Shown here: positions 23,287-32,973 of the stretch, in pieces
How positions within the stretch are numbered: the first letter of the stretch is position 1
How the letters are laid out: each line of letters starts with the position of its first letter
The notes under the pieces: generated by a model
Databases searched by the model: none
Told to the model about the DNA's origin: nothing
What the model saw: the letters and a program-made list of their open reading frames with translations, nothing else
Assembly: GCA_001642005.1 (NCBI GenBank)
Contig: LWCA01000309.1
Location: 1-32,973 of the forward strand
Source of the DNA: Intoshia linei
Taxonomy: Eukaryota; Animalia; Orthonectida
Direction: 5' to 3'
DNA length: 32,973 nt
Translations under genes and position numbers: made by a program

Positions 23287-25804
23287 CTATTTTTTGCATA
23301 AAATTCATTAAGTACATTTATATATTTTCTTTTAACAAAATAATTCATGGGTTCACCATCCCATATATTTAACGGTAAAATTGAGTTTTTTCTGATTCGG
23401 AATTTATCCACACTGGTTAATTCAGAGGACGATCGATTTCTAAAAAATGTGAATCAGGTCTTTATAATTTTTTAAATCCACTAATTAATTAATTAATTAA
23501 TGTCAATGTACATGTGACAATGTATTTATTTTCATTTTAACATGTTAGATGAGTTAAATTAGAACGTACACGGGCATATATTTTTTGGTTTACACACCTG
23601 GACCGGTTCGCAATTTAGATGTTTTTTGTGGTTAGGTTCGAAAAAATATTAAGTTTCCCCTCTAATTTATCCATATATCAACCATTACATTGTAATCATG
23701 CGTACTGATTAGAGTCCTACACTAATCGACATTCTACGGTTCTTATCAAGTTTCGTCGTCAAATTTTTTCAAAATAAAAAAACAAAATAAAATTCCAAGA
23801 ATTCGAAACAATATAAATAAAATGTTCTATGAGTCTAAACATTTTTCATATGACGAGAGATTAATGATACAAAATTGTGATTATTGTATTGTATTGTGTT
23901 GTAAGGTTTCAGATGACTAATCATTATACAATCAGTAATCGGTGAAAAAATACGATAATTCTTGAGTTTTTGTGTGGAATTATGATATAATTATTTTTTT
24001 TTCGATAAAATATACAATTTCCCCCTATTCAACGATTATTTCGTTTAAATTTCATAAAATTTAAAAATTAGAGTTGAAAGTCTATTATGCTGTCAAAAAA
24101 TATTACGTGTAAATCAGTGTTTCTCAGGCTTTTTTGCCTTAGGACGCACTTGGAAGCATTTTAAAAATTAAAAATTTTGGCTCACAATGAAAATAACAAA
24201 ACTAATAAAAATTTTATATTTTTCAGGTACTTACTGAAAATCTTCACAATTGTGTACCATTTTGGAAGTAAAAGTTGAAAATTATTAACAATAAATAGTA
24301 ATGTTGTAATAATAATATTTAACAATAAAATAATAAAATCTGATGTAACCAACTTTTATAAAATGATATATAACTCGTGATCTAGTTTTCACTGGGTACA
24401 CTAGTGAGCAGCGGTTGAGAAACACTGGTTTAAAGTACTATTTAATTACATGGTTAACTATCTTCTTGTTTAAGTTAAATATATTTTATAGTCCCGTATT
24501 CTCTACAATTCACCAATGCGTAAATAATATAATCAATTATATCCAATATTATCGCAATCCTGCATATAAATGACCAGCTTGAAATAATAAATCTGCGAGT
24601 AAAAAACTAATCTCACATTTAAAAAATTCTATTTTTCAAGTAACAAGTTTATAATGATTTCATATGATTATATAATAATATTTTTGGCCCGTAATATGTG
24701 AGTTTTGGAGGTTGAAATTTATTTTGTAACACCCCCAGAAACAATTGTAATTGAAATGTGGACTTTATAATCTTCTAAGACTCGTAGTTATTGAAATAAA
24801 CGGTAACACACACAAAATAATATTGCATATCATATTATATAAGTAAGGATTTATTATAATAAACCAGCGTTTCCCAAATGCCTTGCGCGGACCAGTACTG
24901 GTCCGTAAAAATTTTTTACTAATTAGAAATCAATTTATTACGTTTTTTATTAATTTTTTTTATATTTTTTTTAATGTTGCTTAGTAATTTCTCTTTAATG
25001 GTCTAGTCATAAATTTTATAATTTATTACCGATCCAGTGAAAAAAGTATGGGAACCCCTGTAATAAACCATAACATTAAAATGGGCAACATCAGTCTTTT
25101 CTAAGAAAGGTTAATTAAAATTAATGAAAGAAATGTACTTTTTAAAATAAAAAAAAAGGAAAAAGAGTGGAAATTTTGTAACGAGTGGCTACAAGTCAAA
25201 AGCATCAAATAATTTTATAGAAAAATTAATTTACAGTTACGTTAGTTCACGTGGACGGGTATGACAAATTTTCTCATAAAAAATGTTTTGCAAGTTTGTA
25301 TTTCACCAAACTGTATAATACGATAAAATTATATAAATTCGCAATATTGACCGACCCGAAAGAGAATATTGTACTAAATTTTATAAACCTCGTTTCTGCC
25401 TCTAGTTCATACAATGCATTATACCATAAAAATTGTAGCGTTTTATGATGCGCTTCATCAAAATAATATCTCTTGATTAATTGCATCATTTCTGTAAACT
25501 TTTTCTTTTTAAACAATAAAAATGCCTTTGATCGTAAAATAGATTGACACGCATGATATAATTCACGTTTAAAAAAGTTTCTGTAATTTAGACACAAAAT
25601 TTCATCAATTTGCCTTTCAGTTATATCAAGTGAATTTATAAATTTGGATAAAATTTCACAATCCTGTTTATTTTCCAATACAGTACATATACATTGAATA
25701 TTACATGATGAAAATTCAATATTTGCATTTTTTGTATCGAAATTGTTACAAATCTTTATTTTTTTTTCAAGCTGATTCTTTATTTCGGCTTCAAATTCTC
25801 TCAT
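23287..25804 (-). CDS. SIX/sine oculis-class homeobox protein, highly divergent; exons 1-2 only (SIX domain plus homeodomain helix 1)
   Basis: Exon 1 (25804-25389) has FSSCNIQCICTVL...LSKFINSL...SILRSKAFLLF...FTEMMQLI...FDEAHHKTLQFLWYNALYELEAETR. A phase-2 intron spans 25388-23440. Exon 2 (23439-23287) reads NRSSSELTSVDKFRIRKNSILPLNIWDGEPMNYFVKRKYINVLNEFYAKNR, aligning with SIX LG.VDKYR.RKK.PLP.TIWDGE....CFKE..R..L...Y..N.YP. The exon bearing WFKNRRQR was not found. Confidence 0.9.
24115..24427. mobile_element. 313-bp hAT MITE in SIX intron 1
   Basis: Perfect 12-bp TIRs CAGTGTTTCTCA / TGAGAAACACTG; flanks GTGTAAAT / GTTTAAAG (6/8, central TA). Confidence 0.85.
24700..24849 (-). mobile_element. 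Short terminal fragment of the Helitron-like repeat family
   Basis: GGAGGTTGAAATTTAT...AAATGTGGACTTTATAA...CTAAG...ACACAC is shared with 26719-26825. It ends TATATAAGTAAGGAT like the other copies. Confidence 0.6.
24865..25060. mobile_element. 196-bp hAT MITE in SIX intron 1
   Basis: TIRs CAGCGTTTCCCAAA / TATGGGAACCCCTG, a perfect 8-bp TSD TAATAAAC (24857-64, 25061-68), and an internal perfect palindrome CGGACCAGTACTGGTCCG. Confidence 0.92.
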
Positions 25805-26239
25805 TTTCGTACAAATTTATAAATTTAAATGATTATTCAGTTTAGAAACGAACATTGATATTTTAAATAACGAGAATCACGAGATATTCACAATCACACA
25901 ATTTTTAATGTGGATGGGACTGGGAATTATCATGTTATGTTTACATACACTATTTTCTTTAAACGTTATTGGTCATATTCACAAATTGCTAATAGATTAT
26001 TAAATACAGTACTTTAAAGCCATTTTTTTATGTCGTAAACACGCAATCAGTAGGATGAAATTTAATCCGTTTAAATATTTAATTATTTTGACGCCACCAT
26101 GTCTCAAAATTATTTAGATAGAAACTTTTTTCATGGACAAATTTGGATTACAATCATGATACATTTTTTATTTTCAAGTGAGTACAATTTGTCCAATACT
26201 TACTTATATAATATGCTATTATTGGTTGATAATATATTA

Positions 26240-26830
26240 AAAATTATTTTTCACCGGGAATGAGTAGATTTATAGGGTTGAAATTTTGTATTTATATCAA
26301 CTTGAATAAACTCTATCAGAATAATTTTTTTTTTTAATTTTTGGACCGTTAATTATTTCACATTTTTTGTTTTAATAAAAAAAATACTCTGGAAAAAAAA
26401 ATATAAATGCTTTTTCGATCATGAAGTCGTCACTTATTCAGATTGAAATTTTTTTATGTGTGTTAACAGCATACAACTATACCACCTGTAAATTTTTTGA
26501 AATTCTAGGGCTGTTTTCATTAAAAAGAGAAGGGTAATTTGAGGTTTTGGCCCTGAAAATATAATTTTTTTAAATTTAAATTTAAATTTATCGTAATGTT
26601 TGATTTTAAAATAATAAAATAATCCGCATCAGCGTATATATTTTTTTAAATTCACCAACTTGTTTGATTTTCAAAAAGAAGGACAATTGGAGTTTTTGAC
26701 TAGTAAGATGTCAGTTTGGGAGGTTGAAATTTATCTTATTATATATTTCGAAAAAACTGTGATTAAAATGTGGACTTTATAAAATTCTAAGGTTGATAGT
26801 TATTTTAATAAAGTGGAACACACACTAAAA
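26240..26830 (-). repeat. Diverged member of the Helitron-like repeat family (several internal subrepeats)
   Basis: Repeated GGGTAATTTGAGGTTTTGGCCCTGAAAA / GGACAATTGGAGTTTTTGAC / (A)GGTTGAAATTT units are shared with 4040-4393, 20380-20791 and 24700-24849. Boundaries are approximate. Confidence 0.55.
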
Positions 26831-27628
26831 TTTTTAATGTAAATATTTATCTGGTAATTTAAAAATAATGAGAATTGACAGTTTTCAGATTCATGACAGA
26901 AATTTATTTTACATTACATTTTTAAATTAAACATTTTACTGTGGGTCTGTCAAAAAAAATAGGAAATGAGATTCGTAGGATTAAAGGTCTAGGATAACTA
27001 TAAAAGATACATTATATATCCCTATCGGTCATAAATATACGTAAATATAAATATACGCTATGAAATATACTTTTTTATCGTTGAGAGTTTAGTATACAGT
27101 TATTTATGTATTATGTATTTGAAAGCGATTTGTCATTTATTTTTAAATTATAATTGTATGATGAGGTTATAATTATAATTATTTTCATTATAATCGAAAT
27201 AAAGAAATAAATGGTTCATAATTTCATAGTACATAAATATCTCAGTTAAACATTTATTCAGAAATTTTATTGTATACTAATAGCTCATCTCTAATTAATC
27301 GTTCCACTTACAATAGTTTTAAATCCATATTAATGAGGTCAAAATATTATCTAATCATTTGACAAAAGCGTATTAATTAATTATTTACGTAACTGACGTT
27401 AATCAAGGAAATAGACATAAAAAGAAAATTTCCGGTAATTTATATATTTTATTTACAAAATTAATTATATGGTATAAAAATTAAAATGAATATTCAGAGA
27501 TAGGAATACGGAATTCTTTCCACGTGTTAAAAATAATGATTTGTTGGATTAATTTAATAATAAAGTGTTTAGATTGGTTTTTCAATGTTGCAAAAAAATT
27601 AATGAATAATAATCAAAAATTATACACA

Positions 27629-28070
27629 TCCTTTAATTATAACTATAATTATACAAAATTTAATATCTGAGTGCCTGTGTTACCTATTATTTAAAAAATT
27701 AACAGTCTTAGAATTTTATAAAAACAAATTTTTAATATTTTTTCGCGGATAATGTTTATATCTAAGTATCATTGTCAGAATTTCAGTTCTTCAGGATCAA
27801 AAACCCAATTTGCCTTTTTTTAAAAAAAATCAGCTCAAAAATCCAAAAATAAATACATTTTGGGCGCATTTTAAAATCGTTAACATTGTCGTAAATCTCA
27901 GCCTCACAAACGCACACCTTCATGGTTTAAACCACAAATTACACTTTGTTTTAAAAATGAAAAATGTCCTAAAATTTTATAAAACATAAATTCTGGGATA
28001 TCCTTAACAATCATAAGTATTATAATAAAGGGCAATCTCCAAAAGTGCATTTTTACGATCAAAATTCAGA
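27629..28070 (+). mobile_element. Helitron-like repeat family copy, + orientation
   Basis: It begins A|TCCTTTAATTATAA, and 27860-28000 closely matches the reverse complement of 20490-20640 (AACATTGTCGTAAATCT.AGCCTCA.AAACGCACACCTTCAT). Related + fragments occur at ~3270-3500 and ~17970-18130. Confidence 0.65.
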
Positions 28071-30044
28071 TTCACCACTTCGTCAAAAATTTAAAAAGCA
28101 TTACATCTTATGCACTGTAGAATATACAGTAATTAATTAATATATCTTAATTAATCAGTCACGAAAAATTTTAATCTTACAAAGTAGTGCCTTCACTGTC
28201 AAAAATAACTTTGGTATACTCATTTTTATATTTATTTCAATGTTGGTAAAATTCACCCGAAATAAAGTGATGAGTTTCGAAAATTATTTATACCAATTAT
28301 TTTTTACTTATTGAAAGCAGATGCTGAAAATATGACATTAAATTATTTTAAAAGAAAATGCAGGTTGTAGTGAGATTGGGATAATGATCTCAACACAATT
28401 AAACATACAATAGAAATAAGGCCTCACAAGTTTATTTACAATTTTATTTTTTCTGGAATTTAAGTTATTTATGAGTCATAAATCAATTATTAAAATATGA
28501 ATTATATTCATTTTTAGGAATGTACTGTTTTTACTTTATATTTATTACTCATTCTCTCTAATAAAGTAAAAAATGGTATTACAAAAAAAAATTAAGATAG
28601 AATAGTTCACTTTAAATTAAAAGGTAATGTGAAATGATTAGTCCATGGTTAAACAAATTTGTGTACCACTCCTTTAAAGGATTGGTAATAGTGAATAGTA
28701 GCATTTTTAAGTAAAATTTTATTGAATTAATTTTATGGTAGAATTAAAAAATAGATAAAAGTCAAGCCAGTCAATTATAAATCAATGCAACATCTCAATG
28801 ACCATGAAAATGCACTGCATCGTATTGTTCCGACCCTGGATGAGAATAAATAGTCAAAAAATTTACATGTGAATTCGCCATAATACCTACATTGTAAATT
28901 ACATTATGAGTCATATGATTATTTGACTACAATTGCATTAATTGTAAACTAAATAATAATTTGACTGTTACTTTCTCAAGTACATAATATATCCTATTGT
29001 CACAAAAAATGTATCAATTGATAAATAATAAATATAAATGAGAAATCTTCATTGAGGTATACTTAAGGCATAAACCAGTACATTTTTGAAGAGTTACTTT
29101 CTTATTAAACAAGGAAAAGACGAGAGAACTTTACTTTTATATGCATTGCACAATTATTTTATATGCCTTTGTATAAAAATAGAAATTATTCATATCGGTT
29201 GTAAATCATTTGGATTTTTCCATGCGCTAAATTTGAAAAATGATCATGTTTATACGAAAATTTAAAATATAAAAAAAGTATATCAAATTACAAATCTTAA
29301 CCTATTTTTGATATTTTCATTCCTACACATTATATTGCCATTCAGATACAATTTGACAACTCAATTAAAGGTATTATTATGATTTAATTAATTAAACTTG
29401 AATTATTTTAAAAATATGGACTTGCAATATAATGAAATTTATAATTTAATCATACATTTTCAAAACCTTTTGTAAACAATGTTAAAATAATACAAGGTGT
29501 TCGGTGTAAAATAATTCTTGGCACGATTCACAATTTTTTTAAATAAACTAAAAAAAATTTTTCCATCCAGTAGTCGCGGTTTTCACGGAAATTTACTAAA
29601 AATTATAAAAAAATAATTTTTTTTTGTAAATTAATGAAAAATTAGTCGGGATCGCAAAACCAAAAGGCTAATAACCCAATTTTAAATTTTAAGAAAAATT
29701 AATTAATAATTTTTTATAGTTCGACCTTGACATAATACTGGTTATTTTATTTATATTTGTAATGGGTGCAATCATTTAACGTTCAGAAAATGTTGACTTA
29801 ATTTCATAATTATTGTGTTCCCACTATATCAATGTATCGAAATACAACAAACAAACAGTCGCATTAATTGCTAATAGCTTCCCTGTTATATAAATTAACA
29901 ATAACTGTTATTGTCAAATTAATACGAATTGTCATAAATTGATAATTTAAAAGTGCGTAAAGGCACAAATAATAGAAAAATTAATATTGATTCAGCATTA
30001 CTGACTAACATGTATAAAAACATTTGAGTCATTTTATAATTTTC

Positions 30045-31653
30045 ATGGTGTGTTGTGTATTTGCTGAAGCACATCTATATAAATCGAATTTAGGTAATTT
30101 GTGAATTGAATTAAATGTTCACTTTACATATGAATAGATTATTCCCATCTATACAAATTGCGTGTATAATTACGGCGCTATTAATAACAAAACCAACATT
30201 TCTTTTTATATATAGCTTGCCATGCAGAACATGTTATTATGTCGCCATCGTCTTTTAATGAATAACTTTATAGAAATAAAATATAATTTAAAGTAATTTT
30301 AGGAATGGTACAAAACGAAATCAATACTTCCACGTCTCTAAAAGATGGTATTTTTTTTGTGATGAAAATGATTAAAATTTAGTTCCAGAGCAGTATAGAA
30401 CTCGAATACGAGTAAACCAAAAAAATAACCCACGAGAAAGTGTAAGTAAAAATAGTTTTTCTTCTCATAATACTTCCATTGGTTATCCTTCAATAACCGG
30501 TTCTAATAAATGTCCCATGTACCATGAATTAAAGTTTTCATCTGGGACAGATGATAAATGTGACGACATTTCAATGATGACCAATGCAAATTACAGTTAT
30601 TCTGGAACAATACTTAGTTCAAATGATGCTGCTGATTTAGGGTGTGGTGATTCAATTAGATCTACAAAGTTTGTTCGCCATATCGATACGAGTTTACTAG
30701 AAATCCATAAAGATAAAGAAATGTACTCTACACCTGAAAACATAACTGTTATCAATATTAACTCGCCGCCATCTGGTGGAACATTGACTCAAAAAAAAGT
30801 TGAAGCTAGTTTATCAACTAAAAATGGTTCAACGATTGAAAGTTCATTTTACAACGATTCTGTATGGTCTAATATGACACCAAGTTTACGAGGCATAAAA
30901 ACTAATATGACTTCAAGTATAACAGATTCAGACAATTCACATAACCCAAAAACTTCAAAGTCCTTTATAAGTAGTCTGAAACAAAAAATGTCTAAATCGA
31001 AATCAAATTCAATTTATTCTCAGTTGCCGAAGGATCAATGTTCTTCCCAAATTTATTTATTGAACGATGATGCCAGCCTTAATGTAAAAAAACCTCTAAA
31101 TTCAAATTACTGTACTGCAGCAAACACTATGACTATAGGTCGTTCATACATGAAATGCAAACAGGATCAACGACCAAAATTTTTCAAAGAATCCAATTCT
31201 AAAGTAAATATGATAGTATTAGAAAAAAGGTTGGATTATGAAAAAAAACTTAAAGAGTATCGTAATAGTGTCAAAGAATTTGAAGAAACTTTGAAAAAAA
31301 CCAGCCTTGCTGATAATCTAATTGATTATGACTATTATCGAGAAAAAAGCGACTCAAAATTACTTAGATGGATGAAATCATTTAATGGTAAATTTGAAAC
31401 ATTAAAATTTCAAAACAAGAAATCCAACCAAAAGCAACCCAAACATATTGCAAGTATTCGAGTTAATGACAAAATATCTACCATTAAATCAAATTCTCAT
31501 TTTATTGAAAATACTCTAACCAATCAAAACCATGATTACATTTCCAAAATGGTAAATTCCAAACTTTATTTAACCGAATCCCGTAAAAAATTTTTTGGAC
31601 CAAAATACAAGGCTCGTAAAATTGTACGAAGAATTTCCACCATTTTTAACTAG
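30045..31653 (+). CDS. Uncharacterised Ser/Lys/Asn-rich, largely low-complexity protein with a short C-terminal charged helix
   Basis: A long open last exon (30383-31653) is unlikely by chance at this AT content. It is preceded in phase by exon 30303-30347 across a 35-nt GT-AG intron. A possible first exon is 30045-30093 (MVCCVFAEAHLYKSNL, phase 1), or the start could be the ATG at 30305. AATAAA at 31692. No family was recognised. Confidence 0.7.
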
Positions 31654-32973
31654 CACCTAAACCAAACCGTTTTAAATATCACTGTTACTATAATAAATTT
31701 AACATTCCATTGTCTAGTTTTTCAATTGTTCGTATACTACGGGGTCACAAATGCACATGTGGAAAAAATTTAAAATTAAATATTCAACTAATATTGCTAA
31801 ATTAATCGAGTGTAGTATTTTGTGTCGCATATTAATTTTATATTTAAGGTTCAACGTTATGGGTGGTTGAAACTTGCAACCTCAAATTTTCTGAAAATTA
31901 GAATGTAAAAATTTTTACATGTATACAATATTTATAAATTATCGTTTAATCTGACAATGTAATTAAAATTCTAACCAATTAAATGATAAATAAATTTTTG
32001 AAACAGAAAATTAGTACATTAGTAATTCAATGTTAAAAGGCAATGTTTATTAACGTTATTGTACAGTATAAATATTCGATTTTATTGGTATTAGAGTTTT
32101 TTTGAAAGGTGATTGATGATATTGTTACGCTGAAATAAATAATATATACTGTAAATTCCACAAAGATGAACATCAAAATATCAAATTAAAAAAAATGTCC
32201 AATATAGAAGAAATTAACAAATTTTGTTAAGTATAATCAATATTAAGATTTTTTATTGTGTGTTTGTTTTTAAAACAATGAGGTTTTTCATCTAATATCT
32301 GATCAAAGGTGTAAATTTTTTCATAAATATGAGCATCAAAATAGTATTTTTGTTATTTGTTTTACACCCTTTAAAATTAAGAGTTTTGTTTATAGTTTGT
32401 TTAAAATTGAGACCTGTTTCATCGTAATTAAAAATATATTTTTCGTGTTACAAATTGTAACTTACAATTTTACACTGTATACATTGTTTATTGATTTCTT
32501 AACTTTTGCATGTTTAAGAATTTAAACTATACTAACTGTGATTTAAAATTTATCTGCAAGTTTTCTTTATGTATTTTAATATTTTTTGTTCTATTTGAAA
32601 ATTTTTTCTAACAGATTCAAATAAAAAAAATAATGTTCAATATAAAAATGTTCATCTCTGGAGAATTGACTGTAATATATTAAAATACCTCAACTTGAGC
32701 ATCGTTTCTATTTTTAAGTCTTTTATTTGTTATGTCGGTGCCAGATCCATAACCTGGGATCCAGATACCCCAGTTTTTACCTAAAATCATTTATTTCAAT
32801 TCTGATAACATTCAATCAGCCGTAAAATCTTTTTTAAATGGGCTGAATCAATTATAATTATTAAATCGTTTTTTAAACAAAATTAAAAAGTTTATTTGAT
32901 TACATTAAAAATAAAGTTCTATTATAAAATATTCACCATTGCTTTCCACAGTCTTTTTCCAACGTTCCGGTAG

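Noticed and set aside
17352-25448. ORFs 17352-17603(-), 18943-19143(-), 22207-22404(-), 25251-25448(+)
   Set aside because: They are antisense to real exons or fall within repeats and MITEs.

Overview
This is AT-rich eukaryotic (animal) genomic DNA with spliceosomal GT-AG introns in two size classes: tiny (35-65 nt) and long, usually transposon-filled. Together with strongly diverged proteins, this resembles a compact invertebrate or parasite genome such as the orthonectid Intoshia (inference only). Genes reconstructed by hand-splicing: (1) the 5' part of an HRI/EIF2AK1-type eIF2-alpha kinase on the minus strand, running off the left edge; (2) head-to-head with it, a complete 22-exon HIRA histone H3.3 chaperone (2535-11070, 895 aa); (3) a 7-exon, signal-peptide-bearing, probably GPI-anchored 3-Ig-domain cell-surface protein (14602-19747, 416 aa); (4) a second, paralogous Ig exon cassette starting only 110 nt later with no leader exon of its own; (5) a very divergent SIX/sine oculis homeobox gene on the minus strand whose 3' exon is missing near an assembly N at 21721; (6) an unrecognised Ser/Lys/Asn-rich gene (~30045-31653). 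Mobile DNA includes a full-length but dead DD37E (TRT-type) Tc1 element in a HIRA intron, other Tc1 remnants, several hAT MITEs with 8-bp TSDs, a multi-copy Helitron-like repeat and a bipartite ~21-bp-period inverted array. All exon structures are manual predictions without transcript evidence.
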